DNA of 64,000 bases, from assembly GCF_964194025.1 (NCBI RefSeq), contig NC_134475.1:67518001-67582000 (forward strand), read 5' to 3'. Below, in pieces: positions 40,201 through 52,200 of the stretch. The number at the start of each line of letters is the position of its first letter. Within the stretch, counting starts at the first letter, position 1. The position numbers and the translations under genes are program-made. The notes beneath the pieces were generated by a model. The model was not told where the DNA came from. It did not search any database and saw only the letters and a list, made by a program, of their open reading frames with translations. The DNA is from Convolutriloba macropyga. Lineage: Eukaryota.

Positions 40201-43200
40201 TCACTAATCAAGAGAGATCATCTGAAAAACAGTTTTAAACATAACCGACTAACGTCGGGCGAATTGCTCTCAAACGACCGGCGAGCGGTTGGCTTCGTCA
40301 GTAGCTAGCCACGGGGGGGGGGGGTGCACTGGGGGCTGATGGGGGCAACACTGGGTTGGTGGGTTGGGGGGGGCAACAGCGCGGTGGGGATGGGGGTCAA
40401 CGGGGGGGGGGGGGGGGGGGGGTTCTCAACCTCTCAGAACCGCCCTTCACACCATAAGTATAAGTATAAGTCTCCAAAACAGTTTGAGCTGAAACAGAGC
40501 TGAAAGGCTCTAAGAGCACTTAATGCCCACTGGGCGCTACCTGTTTATCCCGTTTTTGAGGACGAAAAGTCAAAAGCGTCAGACGAAAAATCGGTCAAGC
40601 GAAAAATCGCATAAAAAAAGACCAACAGGACTAATATAATTGCTACAAACTTCGTTTGAGAGCAATTAAAAACGTTAAGGACCCAAAAAGTGAGCTCGAA
40701 TAAAAAACATATTTAAGAAAAAAGAAACTGAACCTCTATTAAATTTCTGTGCAATTTTTGGAAGGACGCAAATTTTTCACATCCCTGCAGTCCAAAAAAT
40801 GTTCGCGTCCCAAAAAACCATTAAACAAAATGAAGACAAGTTCCCTTACGAAATACCTATGCATCAAGATAATCCGATTCTTTTACCTAAAAAATATATC
40901 ACCACCACCACAAAAGAACACCATTGAAGAGAGCGACAAAAACTTGATTTAATCTAAAAAAATTAATTTTGCGAAAACAAAAACATTAGCTGCAAAAACT
41001 TATATTTACTTCTGCTCATTTCAGAATCAGCAAACTGAAATATAATACTGGACGTTTCAAATAAATTTTTAAAAAGGTAGCAAAATACAGTTCAAGCAGC
41101 CGAAACAATTGAAAGCCTTAAAATTCATCTAGAGGGTCCATAACAAACAAAAAGCGTCAATTTTCCGCACTTGAAATAAGTAAAGTGCGGGAAGTTTTTC
41201 ATAACTCTCCTTCCTCAAAACGAAACAGGAGTCCCTACAAACCCTAAGAACACTGCCCATTTCCAAAACCGTTGTGAATTACAACATAGCCAGCATGTGC
41301 TTTCCTGCACACTGCAGCCGATTTAGCGCGAACAGTCACAGAAAATTTTGATGCAGAGCTCAGGGAGGAAAAATTTCCGTCACATGAAATTAGCGAACGA
41401 TTTACCCATTCCCAAAAGGCAAGATATGCTTCAACTAAATACAGGACAAATTATCTCGCAAAAAAAATCAAAAAATAAATCAAAGCGCAAATTGAAGATT
41501 TGGAATGCCAAAAAAGCCAATATCTAACAGCCAATTTGCTCTTCAGAAATAACTTTAACCAATAGACGCAAAAAATTACTTCAAAGAGCGTTGAAAAAGA
41601 ATTGAACGAAAACAATTTCACTACAAGTACTCTTCTTGATCTTTCCAAAGCATTGATCCCAATAAACTATATACTACTAAATAAGCTCTAAACTCCTCGA
41701 TTCGATTATTCATCAGTCAGAAATTGTCTAGACGAGACGTTGTTATTATAGCAGCCCATCGCGATCTCAATAACTGCGAAAAAGCTCGATAGAAGTTACA
41801 CTAGACTACTTTACTTCACTAGCTCAAGTTAAATGCAGACAAGATCGATTTGATTGTGTTTGGTAAAACAAAATTACCAACCACAGACTCAAATTCGAGA
41901 GCAAAAAACTGACCAAAAAGACAAACTGATATATCTGATATTATCGATAATTAACACCACTATCAATGGGAAGGTAAGCATGTGCTTTTAAAAAAATGGA
42001 AAGTTAGAAAAACAACAAAGCCTGCTTCCGACAGAATTATTAACATCAAAAACAGGAAAAACTATTCATCAAACAGTTACCAGAAGCAAAAACTATGACA
42101 AAAGCCTCGTCCTTGTACTTTTAAATAAGTTGGCAAAAGAACTTTTATCGTATACATGCAATTAAGTGGCTCCTAAAACTAATTCTCAACAACTTTTCCG
42201 TTGAAAAGTTTGTTGCCAACTAACCAACGCATAATTATGGTTATAGTTTTATGGGATGATTTCAAGTGTTCATGATCGCTCATAACATAGCCGGCAGATG
42301 GCCGATATAGCTGCGAACGAATAGACTTGCGTGCCGTACAATAGAGATAGAAACAGATAAAAATCTAAAGAGAAAAAATCCCATAACCAAGATTGGGATT
42401 GAAAAAAGAAAAACTAGTGGAAAAAGGATTTTCGTACAAAGTGTTAAAGTGCAAACTATTTTGATGTCATTTTGGAGTTGAACATACTCCTGTTTCGTAG
42501 TGAGACAACACAGGGGCTTGTATCAATGCCAACAAGCATTAGAGATAGTAACTAAGAACAAAGTTTGACTAACGGGCATCAAAAATCGGGCTTTATGGGT
42601 TTATCCCTTTTCTACCTGATTTCGTTTTTTAATACTGACTCTGTTCATTTTGAATTGCTTTGCTGAGCAACTGCTGTCTAAAAGCACTTTTAGCAGAATG
42701 GGAGAAGAGAAACAAGCCTAGAGAAGTCAAAAAGATTTCACGCAAAATATAGAACAAGCTGTGAACTAAGGTAAAGCAAAAAATTTTTATTCGACAAAGT
42801 AAAAAAAATTAGAACCGCCATAGTAGCCCGATGGGAAGCTGAGGCGGCTATTAAAAGAACAGAAAATCAAAGACAAAATTCCGCATGTGAACAAAAAAAC
42901 CACCAGCGAGAAAGGTAAACAAACAACTAGGCCTAAAATGAACTAAGAATGGATTGGGAAAACCATATAAAATCCGATCCAAAAAATAAAAAAAAAACAG
43001 TAAAAATCAAAGTGAAATTGCCGCATTTGAACAAAAAACAACTAGTGAGAAACCGAATTTCTGTTCAAACACCGTTTTCTCACTCTACTTTAAAATTAGA
43101 GTAAAAAAATTCACGCCTTAAAACCACTCGTTTTTTCGCTCCATTTCCTGTTTCGGCGTGACCAAAATCACTACTCCAATTTGACTTCAAAAATCATGAA

Positions 43201-46200
43201 AATGTGTGAACAGATATTTAAAAAAAGACAGCACCCCAATACCAAGAGCACCGCAATATAGCTCCGCTCAGCTCACAGCTTCCCAGCTATAAAAACAAAA
43301 TTTTTCCACGTAGAAAATCTTTGAACGTGCAATGATCTCGAGCAGAACTTTCGATTTATGTAATTGCAGCCTGCAAAAACGAAATAGACACTGTAGCTCA
43401 GACTGTAATCGCAGGAAATTCAGTGTTTCTTTTTAACATAGCCGGCAGATTGCCGGAATAGCTGCGAAATAGACTTGCGTGCCGTAAAATACAGATGGAA
43501 AAAGATACAGAAGTGAGTTGATAATAGTTATCGCCGCCGCCTATAAAACTTACAAGTTTATTTTCAAAGGTTGTTTTTGGGTGCAAAAACATTTTCCCTG
43601 TCGCGTCTCGAACCGGCGATCTCCGGATTAACAGCCAGTCGCCTTAACCACTCGGCTGTCGGACCATACAATCTGTTTTCTTACAATCAACTTTGTTTTA
43701 GGAACAGATTCTGTTTCTGAATAACCGCAATTTAGGTCACGCAGAAAGCGTGAAATCAAGCGCGAAAAAGCCATTTAAGCAGTGGCGAGACAGAATGTTC
43801 TAGAACAAATGTAAAACGAAAATAAAGCGTCAGACGACGAAACAAAAAAAAACCAAGAGCACCGCAATATAGCTACGCTCAGCTTACAGCTTCGCAGCTA
43901 TAATAACAATTCAGACTTCGTGCAAGAGTCGGCATAGCATAAATTCAAATTGCGAGAGACCTAAATTATGATGAAATATGCTGAGCGACATTGCAAGCGT
44001 CTATGCAGTGGAGAACGTTGCCGTTAGTTCACGTAATTTAACTCAATCAATTGCAAAAGTGGACTCTACTTGCTGATATTCAATCTATTTCCACTGGTCC
44101 GTAAACCTGAGTCACTTTGCTTTCTTTGATGGTAGATTTATTTCGGTACCAGTCGACGCTTGTAAACAACTCATAAAAAATACTAGGCAGTGTTACCTCC
44201 TCGTTCTTTTGTCCCTCTCTGGCAACTGCCTGGTCCTTCTCCAGAATAGCATTCTCGACCAACTGGGTCGCCTGTCTCACCTCCTTCACTGCATCCGCTT
44301 CTCTCATTTCCAGAACATCTCTAAACACGACAAACACACTATTGACATTACTGAACAGTCAGAAGCAATGCTGTAAAACGACAATCGAGGCGTTAGACGA
44401 AAGCTGCTTAAACACCACTTTCAAATTTTTACCATTCTCAGGCAAAAAACATATAACAGACTGATGGCGGATGAATTGCTCTGAAACGACCCTGACTCAA
44501 TTCCCTCGTTCTTTATCACTTCATGAGGACGAAAAGTCAAATGATCAGCCAAAATATCGAAAAGTAAGCAAAACTAGATAATAAAATAAGACCAGCAGGA
44601 CTAAAATACTAGCTAAAAACTTCGCTCGAGATCAAACACCCAACCACATGGTAGCTTCTGACTTTCAAACTTCCGTGTCCGCGATAAAATTTAGCCCTCT
44701 ATTATCAAGTGCAAACATGCAAAAATACAAGGCTCACAAAATGCACAATTTAGCTAAAACCTGAATATATCCATCGGTGAAAATTGACAGAACAAAAAGA
44801 AACCTAATTGAGCAAATAATGCCTACCCCAATAAAGTGGGTCGGAACAATAACGCAACAGTTGTGTTTTTAAACAAAACGTACACGTCCTCTTAACTAAA
44901 GACAAAAACAAATAACAGACACGGTTGACAATCTTTGCAAAAACAAAACGAAATATCTATATAACCGGCTAACGTCACATAGACGTCAGATGGCCGGAAT
45001 ACCTGTGAAAGAATAGACTTGCGTGCCGTATAATAGATAGAAACAGATAGAGATCTGAGTCGAAAAATTATCGACGCCGCTCAAAAAGCAATGTGAAAAA
45101 GTTCAGCGATAAATTAATAAAGCTTGTTAAAATTCATTGCGCAGAAGCCTTTTAATTAGGTACCTTTATTACAAATATGAGTTCCTTTGACCTTACACTA
45201 ATTCAAAATAAACTTAAATTTCAAAGTGCAGCAGTCATTTTATATGAGTGAGGTAAGTCATTTATGATCAAAATCTAATCACACAAAAACCTTTTGCTCG
45301 AGAGAGTGAGAAATGACCTCACGTGGGCGTGCTGTGTGAATGAATGTAAAACGTAAAAGAGCGTCAGACAACGAAACAAAAAACATAGCAAGCCAAGTCC
45401 TGACGTACAATTCAAAGAACTTTCATTGACTAGACCAAGAACGGCCTACGGGTGAATTGAGAAAACAATTTCCAAAAATTAAAAAATTGAAAAACCTGAA
45501 AATCGAAGTCAAAATATGCCGCACAACCACTACCGAGAAAAACAAAAAAGGTTCAAATAAGAAACTAGGCCTATAATGAACTATGAATGGATTGGGAAAA
45601 CCATTTAGAAAAAAATCCTATCCGAAGAAAACAATTGTAAAAATCGAAGTGAAATTGCCGCATGTGAACAAAAAAACACCAGCCAGAAAGCGAATTTGTG
45701 TACAAAATTCATTTTCTCCTCTACTTTAAAATTAGTGACAAAATTTCACGCCGCAAAAATACTCGCTTTTTCGCTCCACTTGTTGTTTCGGCGTGACCAA
45801 AATCACTACTCGAATTTGACTTCAAAAATCATAAAAATGTGTGAATGGATCTTCAAAAAAAACATAGCAGGACAAGTCCTGACTTACAATTCAAAAAAAC
45901 TTTATTGAATAAATAAAAACTCGAACGAACTACGAGTGAATTGAAAAAATTATCTCTACAAAAATCACAAAAAAATTTTAAAGAAAAACAGGAAATCAAT
46001 GCCAGTATGCCGCATGCGAACAAACCCCACTAGCGGGAAATTAAAATTTGGTTCAAACGATAAACCAGGCCTAGAACGAACTATGAACGAATTGGGAAAA
46101 GCATTTTGAAAAAAAATCCGATCCATAAAATCAAAAACAGTAAAAATTAAAGTGAATGCGCGTGAACGCGCACAAAGATCTCATAAAGTCAGCGGATTAG

Positions 46201-49200
46201 GTGCCCTGCCGGCTTAGTCACAAAATCTGACTCTTATCTCCAAACCCAGCCGGAGGGATTTCTCGGATTGCACACGTAGGAATTGGCAGAAATTTTGCAT
46301 GCAGGTCCGAATGGTAAAATGAAGGGCAGCGATCCTTATAACACGGAAAGATTGAAACAATCCTTCCATGGTTTTTGGGTATTTTTCCCTGGAAAAACTG
46401 AGTTGAACTGGAAAAATTTGAAAATGCTCAAAACTGACGAAGAAGTTGTCTTTATATTAGACGAAACCGTTGAAAGATAGCTTTTCTCATTTTGAAGAAA
46501 ACCCACTTTAAAGTTCGCCCCACTTGCTTATTTTTCGTCGGCGGAGAAAGTAGGCACAGTGCGATATGCGTTTGCCTCCCACGCTGCAGGTTGTCAGATC
46601 GATTCTGAGCAAGAGAGAAAATGTTTCTTGAATGAAGTTTTCTAATCAACGTGTTTTCTTTTTATGTGCGCGCTTCAATTGTTCTGCATGTAGGAGTTAT
46701 TAAAACACATAACTGTTCCGTTTTTCGTCGCTCAACGAAAAATAGTTCGGAAATTAGTCCTATTAGGCTTTGCAATTGTCTATGCGTTGGCGCTCCTATA
46801 TTTTTGATGGTTTATCATTCATCTTGGAAACAGAAAAATTGATTAATGCGTGCGTTTTGGCTCGGCAGCACAAATGAGATTTCTCTGTCCGTCTTCTACT
46901 GGTGACCGTCATTCTTGAACAGATATTCATTACTCGAGTAATCAAAGCTGCGGTAGCGCAGTGGTTACCGCAAATCAGACATAAGAGGTTCAAACCTGAG
47001 TCGCGTAAAACGAATTTTCGCACGTGGTTGCTTGAGCGTCAGCTTCACTGAATAACGAAAGGGGACGTTTTTTTAATGAAAAAAAATTGTTTATGGACTT
47101 TAAACCAGGGACTGTTTAAGGGGCTTGTCCCCGCCAGACAGCTCCCTCCATAGTCAATCGACAATGAGCCATCTTTTCTGCATCCTCGTACCCCGAGCCG
47201 GAACGGCTAGAATTGACAAAGTTGTCGTTTTTAAATAGCTGTTTGTTTTCTCTGCCAATAATATGTTCTCCTGCAGTTATTTGAATCTCAAAGAATTGTG
47301 CTGCAATCATTGCAATTTTAAGTGCAGCGCTCAGTCTTGAGCTGCAAACACCTGACTTCAGGCAAAACACTTGGCAGTGGCCCCGCCTGCCCCCTAACAA
47401 AAAAACCACTAGCGAGAAATGAAAATTTGGTTCAAACGAAAAACTAGGCCTAGAATGAACTATGAATGAATTGGGAAAACCATTTTGAAAAAAAAACAAA
47501 AAACTAAAAATCAAAATGAAAATGCTGTATGTGCAAAATCACTAGCAAGAAAGCGAATTTTCGTTCAAACACCGTTTTCTCACTCTACTTTAAAACTAGA
47601 GTAAAAAATTAATTCGCAAAAATCACTCTTTTTCTTGTTTCCGTGACCAAAATCACTACTCCAATTTGACTTCAAAAATCATGAAAATATGTAGACAGAT
47701 CTTAAAAAGACATCGCCCCAATACAATTCAAATTCTTTGAATTGTAAAAACCAAGAGTACGGTTTTTACAAATCAAAGAACGGTTTTTAACCTCCGCAAC
47801 TATAATCACATGATATTACATGGCGAAAAGTTATTGACAGTATATTCTACGGGAGCAGAGAAACCAGGTCGCTCACTTGTCCTTTCTGAGCTGGTCAATT
47901 TCATCCATGAGTTGTCTCTTCTCTGTATTATGTCTGTTGGACTGACTGGATGCCTCTCTGTACTTGTTGTCCAGTGACTCTATTGCTTTGTGCAACTCAT
48001 CCAACTGACTCTCCATGTTCCTCTCTCCCTCAGACGCTCTCTTCGCCTCCATTGTCTAAAACAACCAACCATCACAATTAAAATCTAGTATTAATAGAAA
48101 ATCGTTTCATTTTACCAATCTCTCGCGTCCCACAATTTCTCCACTAAACAAGACAAATTTATAACAAATTTGTAATGAATGAATAATCTTCTGAATATCT
48201 CGAAAATTACTATATATTGAAAATATGTCGTTGTGTCACGCGTTCGAGTATACGCGTGAAACAACGGACGTTATAAGACTCTCGAAAAAATTGAATCTGT
48301 TCTAAGAGCATATTTACCTTTAACATTCCTTATCGATAATCAAATTTGACAATCTTTTCGGGGAAGACTTCAATATTAAAAAAGAGAAAACACTGAATTT
48401 CCATCTGGCTTGAATCAGAGGTAGTGCAGAGGCTATTTACAAAACAGAAAATCTTTTTTATCTAAATTTGAAGTCTTCCCAAGATACAGAAGACCTTGAT
48501 GCTACACTTGGGTTCTTTAAAAACAAATGAAAGAAATTTGTTTCAATTTTTCCTACGCTTTACTGTATCTATGATCATTTTTTGAAGATATTCAGAAGAT
48601 TGTTCATTCAATACAAACTTGTTATAAATTATTGCACCTTTCTTGAACACGCAGTTTTCTACATAGCTGTATTGAGTTTTGATAATGAACCTTTTCTTTG
48701 ACCGTTCGTGTTTTGTTTATTTGAGTGTAGGATAATCTAACATTTGATATGCCGAAACTATTTTCCAAAAATGAAGATTTGTTCTTGGTCTAAAAACGCT
48801 GATCGGTAATTTTTTTCAGTTTGAGATCTACAGAACCATCATATTTTTTCTATGAAAACAACCTTACAAGCCCCAGCCTAATTGTTTTTCGAGTGATGTT
48901 ATTAGTCTGTTGTTGATTCAATTCAAGACAACCGCAGAGAGAATGAAGTTGGCTGATGACAAGGGCATTCAGAGTCAGAACTTCGTAGTTATCTGATACC
49001 TCTCGTAAAGAATACAGGATTTTTATACCACATGTCATTTTACGTACTATATTTTTCACTTCATCTTGAACTGTTACAACTGAATCTATGTATAACCCCA
49101 AGTAATTGAATGATTCAGATTTACTAATGCAACAGTTCCCTATTTTAAATTTTTCATCAGTTGTTTGGAGAGCTTTAGAATTTTACAATAAAATGAACTT

Positions 49201-52200
49201 TCTTTTTGATGCGTTCAGTGCTAGACTACAATTCGTAATAGGCAATAATTTAAGTCAAGGCTTTTCCTAGTCTGTTTTTGGCATCTAGCAAATCATGACT
49301 GGACGTAAAGACCAGTGTGTCATCTTCACATTGAACTAGTAGACAATCAATTGGTACTTTTGTGGCACACCTTGATAAAGTTGAATCCAATCTGATTCAG
49401 TGCCGTTAGCCTGTTGTTTGAATACGATTAGACAACTAGTCAAGTTTCAACATTTCAGCACCTGTGCTAAATCGCGATTCCCCAAGTTTCGATATCAAAA
49501 TATTGTGATTGATTGAGTCAACGGCTTGAGAGATCTAGTGCGGTTGTTATGTATTTGTTTTGTTGAATTAGATAACTGAAATTTTCAGTGCTAAAAACTG
49601 GGCCATCAATCGTGAACATTTTTGATCGAAAACAAAATTGCGTTCTGGAAGGAAGATTATTTTCCATTAAAAATTCAACTATTTGATCCAAGTAATCTTT
49701 CAAAATTTTTGGAAACTGAACAAGATATTGATATAGTCCTGTAGTTCTCAGGGTGAGTTCGATAACCTTTTTTAAAAAGCGGTTCAATGGTTGCTTTTTA
49801 AGATCATTGGGAAAATTTTCTTCTCTCAAAAAGCATTAAACACATAGGTGATGAGGTGCATTGAAACATCTTTGCTATCTTTGAGAACGCAGGCGGTTAT
49901 CTCTGTGGGTCCAAGCGGTTTTGAGGTATTAAGTGTTTTAAGATGATACAAAAACTCTTTCAATGTGACAAATCGAAAACTAAATATTTTTCCGTTATGT
50001 GATCTGATTTTTCATAAGGCCTGATTTTGCCGACGTAGTCACCTAACTTATAGAAACGATAATTTAAATTATTAAATAAATCTACTATTTGTTTGTCGTC
50101 CGAGAGAAATTCGCCAAAAGACTTTTTTAAATCTGAAAAGGTTGTTTTTAGACTGTTGAGTTTCGAGTATCAATAATGACACGCCATTTTTTCTGTATCG
50201 ATTCCCTGTTCGTAAAAAGATCGGATAGATTTTTCACTTAAGATATTTTATTTTTTTATCATTTCGTTCAAAATTTTTCAAATAGAGGTGCATGTTATTG
50301 AATGATAGAGGACAAGGTTGAATTGATTTAGAAATACGTTTCTTCTGCATTTTCCGTTTTGTAAATAAAACTCCACAATCACAAATTTTCAGCTCCGATG
50401 AAAAATCTTCAATAAATTGATTTGTCAGAAAACATTTTAAAATTGGTTTCCGTTTTTCTAGTGATGCGCTCTTGTTTTATTATACCTATATATTTTACCT
50501 TTTTTAAAAGTAAGAAGTTCAGCAGAATAATTTATTTACCTTGTTCTTTAAAGCTGTAAAACAGCTATTGTTTATGTGCAAACAAAAATTGGTTTCAAAA
50601 AGAGGATTCAAAAAATACTAATATCAGTTAATTACACGTTTTAATTAACAAATGAGTTCGATGGGAAAAAAAAAATTTAGTCGCTTCAAGCTTCAAAAAT
50701 ATTCTGCATTTACCATTTTTAGTATGTTAAAAACAGAGTCCATTAAGAATATGAATTTTGGAAAAAAATTTGACAAATTTTCAATGATTGCTTTATTAGT
50801 CGAACGTACGTCAACAACTTAAAATTGTGCTTTACAAAAAAGCACATTGGAAGGTATTTTAGTACTTCAGAATTAAACTAGGCAACAATTAAATCATTAA
50901 AAAGCTACACTGATCAAAATAAGTGACCAGGAAATTTTCAATTGAAAATACAGTAAATTGTAGGAAACAATTTTAAATCTATAATTTTGCAAGTTTTGAG
51001 ATGTCAGTGGATTAGGATACAAAAAATAATGTATCAAAAATTTAGTCCAAAAATAAAAACGTTGAAAAAAATTCGTTTTCCATTTCCTTTTATCTTCATT
51101 TCCAAAAAACTGTATAAACTTCGAAAGTCCGGTATTGACGAATTAAGAATGGTTCCAGAGGATCAAACTTCTTATCAACATTCGAGGATAGTTTCCAACC
51201 TAGTTTACAAAAGAAATCGCGAGAGGAATCCTTACAGAAAACAAAATTTTTCATAAAAAAATTGAAGCATGCTTACATGTTGTTTGAAACACCCGCTTAA
51301 CTTTGACTCTTTTTACTCAGCAGAAAAACATACCCGGCAGATTGCCGGAAAATAGCCGCCGTTGATTCCAATAAGCATGATTGGGATTAAAAAATAGAAG
51401 ATATAGAAAAAAAAGATTTTTGAACAAAAACATTTTTAAGTCCGATTTATTTTGATGGCATTTCGAAGTTGAACATACTTCTGTTTCTTAGAGAGAGGCT
51501 ACAGGGGCTTTTTTCAATACCAATAAGCAGTAGAAATGGTAACTAAGACTTATAGGAACGACGTTCAAATAGAGAGCATTTAAAATTGGCCTTTATGGGT
51601 TTATCCCGTTTCCGTTTCTGACTTCAATTTTTATACTGACTCTGTTCATTTTGAATTGCTTTGCTTAGCAACTGATGTTCAAATTCACTTTTAGCAGAAT
51701 GAGAGAAGAGAGAAACTAGCCCAGAGAAGTCAAAAACATTTCACGCAAAATATTGAAAAAGCGGCAAAATGAGGTAAAGCGAAACATCTTTTTTGTTCGA
51801 CGAAGTAAAAAAAATTAGGAGCGCTATAATAGCCGGCTGAGATGAGGGCGGCTATTAAGAATATTAACCAGCCTCAGGACAGGACTTCAAAAAAGGTCTT
51901 TAAAAGGACATCATAAATTGCAACATTTTACATCTCGGTTTTGTCATCTCTTGCATATTGGGTTGGGTGTTCGATAAAAATCAAATCCTTACGTTCTCAA
52001 TTGAATCACACCCGTAATCAAAGTATGGGTCAAAATCAACTGAGAAACATAATTCATCAAACCAATTTGAGAATCAAGTGAAATCGAATAGAAAAGTGCT
52101 AAAATGATTCATTTTGTTGAATTTTTTTAATCGATTACATGCCAAAACTGAATTAACTATGATTAACTGTTAACCTGTTTCAACTTAATCAACTGAACAA

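Noticed and set aside
40545-40580. GAGGACGAAA (also at 44526) resembling a hammerhead ribozyme half
   Set aside because: No correctly placed CTGANGA with a complementary stem; it is just family A body sequence.
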